Source: an uncultured Acidobacteriota bacterium (GTDB lineage Bacteria; Actinomycetota; Acidimicrobiia; Spongiisociales; ZC4RG35). From it: a DNA stretch of 64,000 bases. The DNA lies in the NCBI GenBank assembly GCA_963837055.1, contig CAWILU010000006.1:513455-577454 (forward strand), written 5' to 3'. Shown one piece after another: positions 20,465-30,096 of this stretch (the first letter of the stretch is position 1; every line of letters starts with the position of its first letter). The notes below the pieces were generated by a model. It had not been told where the DNA came from, did not search any database, and was given only the letters and a program-made list of their open reading frames with translations. A program made the translations under genes and the position numbers.

Positions 20465-21004
20465 ATGACTGCCATCAACAGGGACAAGCTGGTCGCTACG
20501 GAAGAGATCAGCCCTACGCACAAGCCTTTCGTCCTTCTCACCGCCGCCATCCTGTCGATCGCCGTCGGGCTCGGCTCGTTGGCCGGTGGCATCTTCGGGG
20601 CCTGGTACACGTGGGACCAGGCAGTGGCACAGGACGTGACGACACCCGATGACGCGGTGATCCCGGAGACACCGGTGAGAGGGCCATTCACGATGTGGGC
20701 ACAGGCCGACATCATCACCCATCATCAACTCGACAACACCGAGGGTCTGTACTACGCACAGATGCCACGGGAAGTGCCGATGGTGGACGAGAACGGCGCG
20801 GCCGTTCTCGATGAGAACGGCGAGCAGGTCATGGGCCCGAACGAAGCCAGGGCATCCTGGATCCCCGCCACGACGCTGACCACCACTCTCGGGCTGGGAA
20901 TCGTCTCCTATGCACTGTCCGCCTTTGCGGTGGTGATTGGGTTGACGCTGATGTTCACCGGCTACGTGTTCCTCTACATCCGCAAGAGAGCAGTCCTTCT
21001 GTAG
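20465..21004 (+). CDS. hypothetical membrane protein (2 TM helices)
   Basis: The ATG at 20465 follows AAGGAGG. There is one TM helix near the N-terminus and one near the C-terminus. No recognisable domain. Confidence 0.45.
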   Translation: MTAINRDKLVATEEISPTHKPFVLLTAAILSIAVGLGSLAGGIFGAWYTWDQAVAQDVTTPDDAVIPETPVRGPFTMWAQADIITHHQLDNTEGLYYAQMPREVPMVDENGAAVLDENGEQVMGPNEARASWIPATTLTTTLGLGIVSYALSAFAVVIGLTLMFTGYVFLYIRKRAVLL

Positions 21005-21029
21005 GAACCAACGCCTCGCGGATGAGGAT

Positions 21030-21053
21030 CAGGCCCCCGGCGACGGGGGCCTG
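21030..21053. terminator. bidirectional intrinsic terminator-like hairpin between convergent genes
   Basis: CAGGCCCCCG-GCGA-CGGGGGCCTG: perfect 10-bp GC stem with a 4-nt loop. Confidence 0.5.
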
Positions 21054-21073
21054 ATTCGCGTGTCAGTGCCCTG

Positions 21074-21793
21074 TCATCGATCCTGACGAAGCAAGGTGCG
21101 CAGCGCCGAGTTCTTGTAGATGTTGGAGAACTGATTCCACTGCCTCTTCTTGTCGATGAGCTGCACGCCGGTCTCCACTACCGGGGTCACGACCCCGAAA
21201 TGCGCCGCCACCTGGGTGAGGGTGTGGTTCCAGATCTTGTCTTCCATCCGGGAGGTGTAGAGCTTGAAGCTGACCTCGTACAGCGGGTCGTTGGCCCGGA
21301 CCAAGAGATGGATCCGGGCCACGGTCACCTCGTCTTCGCCCTCGTGAGCGCTGAAAGTGATGATGGCGGCCCAGGGATGCCCTTCCGGGGTCATGTATGA
21401 CCAGGAGCGATCGTCGGCATAGATCACCCGAACGCCGGTGGTGAGCTTGGCCGGGCCCTTGCCCCCGCCGATCACAGCCACCTCGCCCGGGGCGATGCCG
21501 CCGGCTGGGGCGTAGAACTTGTTGTCGGACGGCCAGAACTCCCCGAAGTTCGCCTTCCAGGTGGCAATCACTTGCTCCGGGGTCGGGCCGGGGACACGGA
21601 CCTCGTAGGTCTTCTGCCAGAGCTGGCCAAAGCCCTGCAACGGTCCGGTTGGCTTGCGGCCCTCGACGTTGCCCTTGCGGGCACCCTCTGCGACCTCTCC
21701 GACGTGGAAGGCGTCGACCGGCTGTGCCCAACTGTCTGAATTCCTCGGCTCTGTCACCTCGGTCCTTTCTCTGATGGCTCCAATAGACCACAT
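21074..21793 (-). CDS. hypothetical protein (conserved, no motif recognised)
   Basis: 239-aa ORF with coding-like composition and codon usage matching neighbouring genes. No diagnostic motif. Confidence 0.45.
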   Translation of the reverse strand: MWSIGAIRERTEVTEPRNSDSWAQPVDAFHVGEVAEGARKGNVEGRKPTGPLQGFGQLWQKTYEVRVPGPTPEQVIATWKANFGEFWPSDNKFYAPAGGIAPGEVAVIGGGKGPAKLTTGVRVIYADDRSWSYMTPEGHPWAAIITFSAHEGEDEVTVARIHLLVRANDPLYEVSFKLYTSRMEDKIWNHTLTQVAAHFGVVTPVVETGVQLIDKKRQWNQFSNIYKNSALRTLLRQDR

Positions 21794-21884
21794 GTCCGTT
21801 CCGCCATCGTTACGGGCCGCCAGTATCGCCTAAGAAGGCGCGGTGACTTTCTCGTAACGGCACTCGGGCACAATCAGGGGGTAC

Positions 21885-23279
21885 ATGGGTGAATACGACG
21901 CAGTTGTGGTCGGCTCGGGCCCCAACGGGCTCTCCGCCGCCGCAGAGCTGTCGCGGCGCGGGCGCAGGGTGCTGGTGATCGAACAGGCCGAGGAGATCGG
22001 TGGTGGGACCCGGACCGAGGAGCTCACGCTCCCCGGTTTCGCCCACGACGTCTGCTCGGCGATCCATCCCCTCGGAGTCGCCTCGCCCTTCTTTCGTGAC
22101 CTCCAGCTGGAGATGGAATGGGTCCATCCCACCATCCCACTGGCCCATCCCCTGGGCAGCGGCCGGGCCGGTGTCATCTCCAGAGACGTCGACGCCACCG
22201 CGGACCGATTCGGCGCCGACGCGCGTCACTACAAGCGGATCCTCGGACCACTGGTCCAGGCTGCCGACGCGGTGATGGAGGATTTCCTGGGGCCGATGAC
22301 CCTGGTGCCAGATAATCCAGGGAGCTTCGTCAAGCTCGCCACCAGGGGGGCGCTCCCGGCTTCGATCATTGCCTCCGGCTTTTCCTCGGACGAGGCCCGG
22401 GGCGTATTTGCCGGTCTCGCCGCTCACGCCATCGCCCCATTCAGCTCACCTTTGACCGGTGGGGTGGCACTCCTCTTCGGTGTGACGGCTCATGCCTATG
22501 GATGGCCGATGGCAAAGGGCGGCTCACAGCGCATCGCCGAGGCCCTGGCCAAGGTCATCGTGGATGGTGGCGGCAGCATCGAGACCGGGCGGATGATCGG
22601 TTCTCTCGACGAGCTTCCCCGCGCTCCGGCAGTGATCCTCGATGTGATGCCCCGTGCCGCGGTCCGCATTGGCGGAGCCCGCGTCAGCCCTCGGGACCGG
22701 CGCCGGCTGACGGCTTGGAAGGGTGGGCCGGCCGTGTTCAAAGTCGACTGGGCTCTCGATGGGCCGATCCCGTGGGCCGATGAATGGAGCCCGCAGGCGG
22801 GGACGGTCCACGTCGGTGGGACCTGGGAGGAGGTTGCCGCGGCCGAGGATCAGGTTCACGCCGGGCAACACCCGGAGCGACCCTTCGTTCTCGTCGCCCA
22901 GCAGTCCCGCTTCGACCCTTCCCGCGCTCCCGAGGGGAAACACACCGCCTGGGGGTATTGCCATGTGCCGTCCGGCTCTGACGTGGACATGACTTCAGCG
23001 ATCGAGGCCCAGTTGGAGCGATTCGCGCCGGGGTTCAAGGATCTCATCCTCGAAAGGCACACCATGAATGCCGGCCAGTTCGAGGCCCACAACCCCAACT
23101 ACATCAGGGGTGACATCGCAGGTGGCGGTTTCGGGGTGAAGAAGGTGTTCCAGCTGGGCTCGACCGCCCCGTATCGGCTAGGCGACGGTCTCTATCTCTG
23201 CTCCTCCGCGACCCCACCAGGGGCGGGTGTGCACGGCATGTGCGGCTACTACGCCGCCCGAGCTGCCCTCAAGGGCTGA
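21885..23279 (+). CDS. phytoene desaturase family / NAD(P)/FAD-dependent oxidoreductase (CrtI-like)
   Basis: YDAVVVGSGPNGLSAAAELSRRGRRVLVIEQ dinucleotide-binding motif; 464 aa amine-oxidase-like fold. Confidence 0.8.
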   Translation: MGEYDAVVVGSGPNGLSAAAELSRRGRRVLVIEQAEEIGGGTRTEELTLPGFAHDVCSAIHPLGVASPFFRDLQLEMEWVHPTIPLAHPLGSGRAGVISRDVDATADRFGADARHYKRILGPLVQAADAVMEDFLGPMTLVPDNPGSFVKLATRGALPASIIASGFSSDEARGVFAGLAAHAIAPFSSPLTGGVALLFGVTAHAYGWPMAKGGSQRIAEALAKVIVDGGGSIETGRMIGSLDELPRAPAVILDVMPRAAVRIGGARVSPRDRRRLTAWKGGPAVFKVDWALDGPIPWADEWSPQAGTVHVGGTWEEVAAAEDQVHAGQHPERPFVLVAQQSRFDPSRAPEGKHTAWGYCHVPSGSDVDMTSAIEAQLERFAPGFKDLILERHTMNAGQFEAHNPNYIRGDIAGGGFGVKKVFQLGSTAPYRLGDGLYLCSSATPPGAGVHGMCGYYAARAALKG

Positions 23280-24540
23280 CGGCGGCGGGAGGCGCGTCGG
23301 CCCCACGGACCCAAATGCCGATGCCTTCGGGTTGCATGGTCGAGGAGACCACGGCAACCCAGCCGGTCATCACCTCCTCGGGGTCGACCCGGTCCCGGAG
23401 TGACGTAGCAAAGCCATCCATCACCCGTTGGGCGTCGAAGCGTTCCCGGTTGAAACGGCGGTCCACCCAACCCTGGACCCGCTTTCGCAAGGGATTGAAC
23501 AGGGCGGCTACCACCAGCGTCGACCCGGCCACGGCCAGATCTGATGACTCCTCGGGCAGCAGGGAGGACATCAATGCAACGACACCGAGGAACGAGCCTG
23601 CCAACAATCCGACCACCAGGGCATAGGAGACCGTCCGGGACACGATCCGGTCGATCTCGTAGAGGCGGTAGCGGAGAACGGCCACACCGAAAGAGAGAGG
23701 GAACAGGACCATCATCACGTATGCCGGGCCCCAAGCATCGTCACCGGGATCGCCGGCACCGATACCGATCGAGATGAAGACGTAGAGAAACGTAAGCAGC
23801 ACAGCGGTGGTCAACAGCACGAAGGCAAACACCACCCAGGTGAGCTGGGCACGCTCCGCCCCGACCGCCCGACGTCTCTTGATCACCAGTGACACCGCGC
23901 CACCGAGCAGGATGGCGACGATGCCGAACAGTGCCGCGTAGCCCAGCCATTCGGGTAGGAAGCCGATTGGATTGACAGTCTGGGTCGAGGATTCCGCACC
24001 CCCCAACGTCGCGGTCAGGGCAGTGGCAGCGAGAAGAATCGGCAGGACCCAGACAGCGACACGTCCTGCCCTGGCCCATAGACCGGTGCCCGCCGGCAGA
24101 TGCCCGGAAGGGAAGGTCAGAGTCAGGGCCGCGAACAGGCAAAACACCAGAGCCCAACCCCAGCTGGATACCCAGGCGGCGAACAACGGGGACACATCCG
24201 GCAGACCGATTAGCCCGTCGGCCCACAACACCGCCAAACCGATCCAGAGCAGCAACCAGCCAGTCAGGTGACCGTTGCGACGTATGACAATCAGGCCGCC
24301 GATCGAGGCATAGATCAGAAAGCCGAAGGCGGCGAGGGTGGCGTCCGCAAACGGGCGATCGCTCAGTATCAGCTGGAGGAACGAGATCCCGAGCCCGGCC
24401 AGGACGAGGAGGCCAAGCAGGGCCCAGCGGGCCCACCGACTCAGTTGGGACTGCTCTGTGAACTCAATTGTCCCGGTCGGGCTCAATTCCGTTCGCGGAA
24501 TCGTCTCACACGGCCGCGAGCGCCGCGGACTCGTCGTCAA
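23269..24540 (-). CDS. polytopic membrane protein, paralog A of the 7-member family with a conserved C-terminal cytoplasmic module
   Basis: 423 aa; about 8 TM helices. The C-terminus RYRLYEIDRIVSRTVSY ... NPLRKRVQGWVDRRFNRERFDAQRVMDGF ... WVRG is shared with the array at 26811-33618. Confidence 0.7.
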   Translation of the reverse strand: MTTSPRRSRPCETIPRTELSPTGTIEFTEQSQLSRWARWALLGLLVLAGLGISFLQLILSDRPFADATLAAFGFLIYASIGGLIVIRRNGHLTGWLLLWIGLAVLWADGLIGLPDVSPLFAAWVSSWGWALVFCLFAALTLTFPSGHLPAGTGLWARAGRVAVWVLPILLAATALTATLGGAESSTQTVNPIGFLPEWLGYAALFGIVAILLGGAVSLVIKRRRAVGAERAQLTWVVFAFVLLTTAVLLTFLYVFISIGIGAGDPGDDAWGPAYVMMVLFPLSFGVAVLRYRLYEIDRIVSRTVSYALVVGLLAGSFLGVVALMSSLLPEESSDLAVAGSTLVVAALFNPLRKRVQGWVDRRFNRERFDAQRVMDGFATSLRDRVDPEEVMTGWVAVVSSTMQPEGIGIWVRGADAPPAAVSP

Positions 24541-24856
24541 AGATCTCGATGGCCTCGTCGAGACGGGTGAGCGAGAAGATCTGGCAGTAATGATCGGTCA
24601 GGCCATAGGCCATGAGTCGGTGCCCACTGCGCTGGGCGCGGATCAGCGTGGTGACCAGGAGGCCTATGCCCCCACTGTTCATGTACTCGAGACCCTCGAA
24701 ATTGAGCACGACGGCGGCCACCCCGCCCTGCGAGGCCTCGTCGTGTGCGGCTGAGATCTCCTTCTCGGAGAACCCGGTGATCTCACCGGTGATGTCGATG
24801 ACCCTGACCGTCGGAGTCGCCTCCCTCACGGTCATCGTCACATTGGCTGTTGGCAT
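24506..24856 (-). CDS. STAS domain anti-sigma-factor antagonist (SpoIIAA/RsbV-like)
   Basis: STAS fold with the conserved phospho-acceptor context (NFEGLEYMNSGGIGLL). The start is probably MPTANV at 24856. Confidence 0.7.
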   Translation of the reverse strand: MPTANVTMTVREATPTVRVIDITGEITGFSEKEISAAHDEASQGGVAAVVLNFEGLEYMNSGGIGLLVTTLIRAQRSGHRLMAYGLTDHYCQIFSLTRLDEAIEIFDDESAALAAV

Positions 24857-24869
24857 ATCCTCCCTCTCC

Positions 24870-25211
24870 TCACCCGGCCGCGACTGCGGCCGTCTCATCG
24901 TCATAGATAGTCATGAAGTCGGACAGACGGGTGATGCTGAACACCTCCCGATAGTGCTCCGTCAAACCGAATGCCCCGACCTCACGGTCCTCCGCTCTGG
25001 CCATCGCCAGCACCCCGACGATGACGGCGATACCCGTGGAGTTGATGTAGTCCACGCCCCGGAAGTCCATCAGGACTCGCCCTGGCTGCTCGGCGGCTTC
25101 CTCATAGGCCGCCTCCAGAGCCTGCTTGGCTGCCCGGTTCACGGTCCCGCTCATGACCACCAGGGACCCGTCTTCGGTCCTGGCCACCGTTGCCTCGAAC
25201 ACGCTCTCCAT
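24870..25211 (-). CDS. STAS domain anti-sigma-factor antagonist (SpoIIAA/RsbV-like)
   Basis: 113 aa; DFRGVDYINSTGIAVIVG has the conserved Ser/Thr. Its start overlaps the PP2C-HATPase stop by one base (TGATG). Confidence 0.8.
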   Translation of the reverse strand: MESVFEATVARTEDGSLVVMSGTVNRAAKQALEAAYEEAAEQPGRVLMDFRGVDYINSTGIAVIVGVLAMARAEDREVGAFGLTEHYREVFSITRLSDFMTIYDDETAAVAAG

Positions 25212-26800
25212 CAGGAAACTCCTTCCCGGTTCATCACGAGCTCAATCGTGTGGGTTGCACCGTCACTGGTCGATCGCACCTCGTCGACCATCTGTTCGAT
25301 CAGGAACAGGCCCCATCCACGAGGGGTCTGCTCCCCGGCGAGCTTGGCCTCCAGGTCCGGCAACGCCGCCTCCGGGATCACCCGATGACCGCCCTGATCG
25401 CTGACCAGAACACTCACGCTGTCCTCATTGGCGCATACCTGGACGTCGACGTCGAGATCGGCGCGATTGTCGTTGCCATGCTCGATGGCGTTCATCACGG
25501 TCTCGCCCACCGCTGTCTTGAGCCGCTCGAGTCGCGCCGGCTCGAGACCCATGTCCTCGATCGCAGCTGTCACCTTGGCGATGGCGACGCGCTCGTTGCC
25601 TTCCTCGCTGGGGACCGCGAACTTGGCCAACACCTGGCGCCGCTCTTCGAATGTCTCCGCCGAGGCCTGGGCGGAAGCGGTCCGCTTCACTACGACGAGG
25701 GTTATGTCGTCTTCCTGCTCCGCATCCTCGCCGGTGAATGCCTCCAGATCGGACACGACGGCATTGAGGACGTCGTCGTTGATGGGTCTCCGGGCAACGC
25801 GGGCCATGAGCCGGGCGAAGCCGTACATCTCGCCTTCGGCGCTGTGGGCCTCGGTGATCCCGTCGCTGGTGAGGACCATGACCTCGCCCGGCGACATCTC
25901 GTACTTGGCCTCGTCATAGGGCATTCCCGGCATGAGGCCGAGAGGCATGCCGGTGGCCCGCAATTCGATGACTTCGTCTCCGCTGCGCACATAGGGCAAA
26001 TTGTGCCCGGCATTGGCGAAGACGATGTGTCCTGCCTCGGTGTCGATGATCGCGTAGAGACAGGTCACGAACATCGCCGGCGGGATCTCCGGAACCAGGC
26101 CATCATTGACGTCGGCCAGCACGGCGGATGGGGAGTTGTGACGCTGGGCGGCCGCTCGCAACATCGAACGGCAGGTGGCCATCACGAGTGCGGCCGGGAC
26201 TCCTTTGTCGGTCACGTCGCCGATCACGACGCCGAGCCGCCCGTCCTCGAGGGCGATGAAGTCGTAGAAGTCTCCGCCGACCGCCCGGGCGGGTCGGTAG
26301 AAGGCGTCGACATGCCAGCCCGGGATGGCAGGCAATTCCTTGGGAAGCAGGGTCTGCTGGATGAGGGCCGCGACCTGTAGCTCCTGGTGAATCCGCTCTC
26401 TCTCCTTGGCCTCTGCCTGCTGCTCACGCACCAGTTGGGCGACCTTCATCGCCGGAGCCACCTGAGAGGCGAGACTGCCGAGCAGCCGTCGATCATCGGT
26501 CGAATAGGGCTGATCGGAGAGACGTGGGCCGAGATAGAGGGCACCGAGCAGCTCACCCTGGCCGATCAAGGGCACGATGAGCTCGACTCCGACGGCCCGA
26601 AGACTGTCGAGAGTCTCCGATTCGAGCTCTAGGTCCCCAAGCACCAGTGGGCCCCCGGACGACAACAGCAGGGTCTCCAACGGGTCCCCGACCGGAATCG
26701 GGATGGCTTCGATGAGCCGGGTCTTCGACTCCGGGATCTGTGTCTCGTCCGCAATCGGTGTTTCTTCGTCGGCTCTGCGCCGTCTCATCAGCTGAACCAT
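25211..26800 (-). CDS. partner-switching regulator: degenerate GAF - PP2C (SpoIIE-type) phosphatase - HATPase_c (RsbW-like kinase) fusion protein
   Basis: PP2C motifs GGDFYDF and GDVTDKGVPAALVMA ... DGITEA; C-terminal HATPase_c ETVMNAIEHGN ... DQGGH. The start at 26800 lies 10 nt downstream of the paralog B stop. The alternative start at 26905 would overlap paralog B. Confidence 0.85.
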   Translation of the reverse strand: MVQLMRRRRADEETPIADETQIPESKTRLIEAIPIPVGDPLETLLLSSGGPLVLGDLELESETLDSLRAVGVELIVPLIGQGELLGALYLGPRLSDQPYSTDDRRLLGSLASQVAPAMKVAQLVREQQAEAKERERIHQELQVAALIQQTLLPKELPAIPGWHVDAFYRPARAVGGDFYDFIALEDGRLGVVIGDVTDKGVPAALVMATCRSMLRAAAQRHNSPSAVLADVNDGLVPEIPPAMFVTCLYAIIDTEAGHIVFANAGHNLPYVRSGDEVIELRATGMPLGLMPGMPYDEAKYEMSPGEVMVLTSDGITEAHSAEGEMYGFARLMARVARRPINDDVLNAVVSDLEAFTGEDAEQEDDITLVVVKRTASAQASAETFEERRQVLAKFAVPSEEGNERVAIAKVTAAIEDMGLEPARLERLKTAVGETVMNAIEHGNDNRADLDVDVQVCANEDSVSVLVSDQGGHRVIPEAALPDLEAKLAGEQTPRGWGLFLIEQMVDEVRSTSDGATHTIELVMNREGVS

Positions 26801-26810
26801 GGCCCCATTT

Positions 26811-27959
26811 CTATCTCTCGACCGTCCCGAAATCGTTACGAACCCATACCGAAATCGATGTCGGGTGCATCGTCTCGGACACCACTCCCACCCAGCCCTC
26901 GACAACAGTGTCCGGGTCGAGGTCCTGCCGCAGGGAACCCGAGAATTGGTCCATCACCTGCTCTGCGTCGTAGCGCGACCGGTTGAAACGTCTCTCCACC
27001 CCTGCCTGGACCCTTCTCCGCAACGGTGTGAAGAGGGCAGCGGCGGCCAGGGTAGAGCCCGCCACGGCCAACGGGGACTCGGCGTCGAGGACTGCGGTGA
27101 GGGCGGTCAATCCCAGTGCATAGACCGCACCGAGCAGGGCGATCACGATGACATACGAGACCGTGCGCGACAGGATCCGGTCGATCTCGTAGAGCCGATA
27201 ACGCAACACGGCAAAAAGGATCGAGATCGGTATCGCGGCCACCCCGAGTGAGACAATCCACCAGATGGCTTGGTTGGAATCGTCTGACGTCGCTCCCACC
27301 AGATAGGCGATGGCAAGAAGACTGGTGGCGGCGAGCAGCCACTTGATCTGCTGACGCTCGACCGACTCCGCCCTCCGATAGCGGGCCACCACGGACAACG
27401 TCGCCGGGATGACGGAGACGAATCCGAAGATGAAGCCGGCGTCGACGAGTGGGTACCACCGCGTCGGGCTGAGCAGCTCTGAGTCCACGAGTATCTCCAG
27501 AGGCTGCCCCCAGAGAAGACCCGCCCCGATCACGGTCGACACGGCACCGATCAATGGTCCGAGACCGATGACACGCCACCAGCCAACCGGCTTTCCGGTC
27601 GGGAAACACAGAATCACGAGCGAGACCCCAATGAGAAATAGGGCACCGGTCCAAGCCCCGAGCCAACCAAAGAAATATGCCAAGGGCAGGGAGTTCCCCG
27701 ATTCGAGGGAGAGTGTCGCGTATCCCCTCCCGAACAGATAGAGCACCCAGGCCGAACCGGCAGCCAGAGAGAGGGCGCCGATCGCGTTCGACGGCACCTT
27801 GATGGTCAGGATCGCCCCGACGACCACAGAGCACACCGAGGCGAAGAGGATCCCGACCATCGAGTCGATATCCATCGGGAAAGTCAGCCAGGCGATTGCC
27901 GCGCCGATCATGAGGAGGACCCAAAGCGCGATGGCGGCCCGAAGAGGTTTGGAAGTCAT
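26811..27959 (-). CDS. polytopic membrane protein, paralog B (conserved C-terminal module family)
   Basis: The real start MTSKPLRAAIALW is at 27959. The 708-aa track ORF is an artefactual extension through paralog C in another frame. C-terminus RYRLYEIDRILSRTVSY ... RRFNRSRYDAEQVMDQF ... VWVR. Confidence 0.75.
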   Translation of the reverse strand: MTSKPLRAAIALWVLLMIGAAIAWLTFPMDIDSMVGILFASVCSVVVGAILTIKVPSNAIGALSLAAGSAWVLYLFGRGYATLSLESGNSLPLAYFFGWLGAWTGALFLIGVSLVILCFPTGKPVGWWRVIGLGPLIGAVSTVIGAGLLWGQPLEILVDSELLSPTRWYPLVDAGFIFGFVSVIPATLSVVARYRRAESVERQQIKWLLAATSLLAIAYLVGATSDDSNQAIWWIVSLGVAAIPISILFAVLRYRLYEIDRILSRTVSYVIVIALLGAVYALGLTALTAVLDAESPLAVAGSTLAAAALFTPLRRRVQAGVERRFNRSRYDAEQVMDQFSGSLRQDLDPDTVVEGWVGVVSETMHPTSISVWVRNDFGTVER

Positions 27960-28996
27960 CCGTCTCGCACCCATACGCCGGCGGCAGCCGGCTCCATGGT
28001 GGCAAACACGACCCCGATCCAGCCGTCGATGACCCCATCCGGGTCGACCTGGTTCTGCAGGGAACCGGAGAAGATGTCCATCACCTTCTGGGCGTCGTAG
28101 CGGGCCCGGTTGAACCTGCGGTCGACCCAGCTCTGAACCCGTTTGCGGACCGGGTTGAACAGCGCGGCCACCGCCAGAGTCGAGGCGGCGACGACGAGGT
28201 CGCTGGACGTGTCGAGCAGCGTGCTGGTGGCGGTGACCAAACCGAAGAACACTGCGGCCAACAGTCCGACGACCAACAAGTAACTGACCGTCCTGGACAC
28301 GATTCGATCGATCTCGTAGAGGCGGTAGCGGGTGATTGCAATCGCGACCGAGATGGGGACCCCGATGGTGATGATCATGCTTATCGCCGTGATGAGGGTC
28401 TGGGCCTCGGCCGAGGCGCCGAGAACGACACTCACGAGGACCAGCGAGACAACACCCACGAGCAGGACCAGGATCGGTCCTGCGACCTGACGGCGGATCA
28501 ATGGGGATCCCTTGATCAGCCGGTAGAGAAGCGGCAGTAAGCCGAGGATGACGACGACCGCGATGAAGCTGCCCGCCACCATGCTCAGGATGGCGATGGC
28601 GGCGGCATGCACCCAAGGCCACCACGGTCGCCGGTAGCGCCCGTCGGGAAAAAGTGTCAGTGACGAAAAGAGTGTCAACAGACCGGCATCGAAGACGATC
28701 TGTCCCGGCGTGACCAGGGCCGGGGTATTGAGAGTCTCCGCCATCTCCTGGAGGGCAACCCCTGCGCCGACGAGAAGCGGTCCGACGATGAACAGCCATC
28801 CAACTGCATTCGCCGGGATCCGCCGGGCCAGCACAACCCCAACGATCGGAAAGGCGAAGAAGGAGAGAGCCCACAATTTGTCCAGTAGGCCGATCACCTC
28901 CTCGGATCCGGGATCGAACCAGAGCGCGGCAGCCCACACCATCACGAGAAGTCCGAAGAGCGCCCAGGGCAGAATGCCGACCAATCGACGTCTCAC
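27956..28996 (-). CDS. polytopic membrane protein, paralog C (conserved C-terminal module family)
   Basis: 346 aa. The start ATG at 28994-28996 overlaps the paralog D stop (ATGA). The conserved C-terminal module is present. Confidence 0.8.
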   Translation of the reverse strand: MRRRLVGILPWALFGLLVMVWAAALWFDPGSEEVIGLLDKLWALSFFAFPIVGVVLARRIPANAVGWLFIVGPLLVGAGVALQEMAETLNTPALVTPGQIVFDAGLLTLFSSLTLFPDGRYRRPWWPWVHAAAIAILSMVAGSFIAVVVILGLLPLLYRLIKGSPLIRRQVAGPILVLLVGVVSLVLVSVVLGASAEAQTLITAISMIITIGVPISVAIAITRYRLYEIDRIVSRTVSYLLVVGLLAAVFFGLVTATSTLLDTSSDLVVAASTLAVAALFNPVRKRVQSWVDRRFNRARYDAQKVMDIFSGSLQNQVDPDGVIDGWIGVVFATMEPAAAGVWVRDG

Positions 28997-30096
28997 GCCG
29001 GCCCCCTCACCCAGACCGCGGCCGTGGCCGGCTGCATCTTCTCGGTCACCACACCGATCCAGCCTTCGACCACCTCCTCGCTGTCGACCCGGTCACGCAA
29101 CGATCCGGCAAAGCGGTCCATGACCCGCTGGTGGTCGTAGCGCGACCGGTTGAATCTATGGTCGACCGATGCCTGGACCCGCCTCCGCACCGGGTTGAAC
29201 AGGGCAGCCGCCGCCAGGGTCGATCCGGCTACGGCGAGCGGCGAGTTGTCGGGGAGGAACAAGGTCATCGCCGTCAGACCGATGAAATAGGCAGCGCCGA
29301 GCAGGACAACCACGATCACGTAGGCCACGGTTCGGGAGAGAATTCGATCGATCTCGTAGAGCCGATATCGGGTGACCGCGATCCCGATCGTTACCGGGAT
29401 GAGGATGAATCCGGCGGGCAGGAACACATTCGCCACGAGCGAGTACTGAAACCCACCGAACTCGGCGATGACGCCGATCAGGAAGACGATGAAGGCGAGG
29501 ACCAGCCACTTCATCTGCAGCCTCTCCACGCCCCTGGACCGAATCCAACGGACGACTAGTGAGATGATCGCGGCCACGATCCCGACGAGGATCAGGACCA
29601 ACCCGAGGATGTTGGCGCAAGAGCCGATCGAAACACATGCATCGACGTCAGCGGAGCCCGCCCCCTCCAGAGCCAACATTGCCCATCCGCCGATGATCCC
29701 GATCACGCCAACCGTCGCCACGACCGAGACCCAGCGCCAGCGCGGGGTCAGGGCCCGGCCGGTGGGGAACCAAAGGGGCACGAAGACGCCGAGACCAGGA
29801 AGCACGAGGGCGAAGAGGGCGATGCCACCGGCGATTTCGAGGAGGCTGCCAGGCTCGGACCCATCGGCGGCGTTCATGACGCCATCGCCCAAGGCGACCA
29901 GGAGCATGACCCATGACAGCCGGTTCTCGGGCACCTTCAATACCAGCAGTGCGCCCGTGGCGAGAAGGGAGAGAGTGCCGAGAGCGAACACCACGCCCTC
30001 GCCGGTCAAGCCCCCGCGAATCGCACCGGCCACCATGCCGCCGAGCACCATGACGGTGACCAAGGCGACGGTCAGGATTCGCCAGCCTCTGCTCAT
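28993..30096 (-). CDS. polytopic membrane protein, paralog D (conserved C-terminal module family)
   Basis: 367 aa; ATGA overlap with paralog E. Mid-protein FPTGR-x-RWRW loop motif and the conserved C-terminal module. Confidence 0.8.
   Translation of the reverse strand: MSRGWRILTVALVTVMVLGGMVAGAIRGGLTGEGVVFALGTLSLLATGALLVLKVPENRLSWVMLLVALGDGVMNAADGSEPGSLLEIAGGIALFALVLPGLGVFVPLWFPTGRALTPRWRWVSVVATVGVIGIIGGWAMLALEGAGSADVDACVSIGSCANILGLVLILVGIVAAIISLVVRWIRSRGVERLQMKWLVLAFIVFLIGVIAEFGGFQYSLVANVFLPAGFILIPVTIGIAVTRYRLYEIDRILSRTVAYVIVVVLLGAAYFIGLTAMTLFLPDNSPLAVAGSTLAAAALFNPVRRRVQASVDHRFNRSRYDHQRVMDRFAGSLRDRVDSEEVVEGWIGVVTEKMQPATAAVWVRGPA

Noticed and set aside
25190-26380. 396-aa plus-strand ORF opposite the PP2C-HATPase gene
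   Set aside because: Antisense artefact. The minus-strand frame carries unambiguous PP2C and HATPase motifs.
26811-28937. 708-aa minus-strand ORF suggesting one giant protein
   Set aside because: Only the last 382 codons (from MTSKPLR at 27959) are real (paralog B). The upstream 326 codons read through paralog C in a different frame and are R/G/P-rich nonsense.
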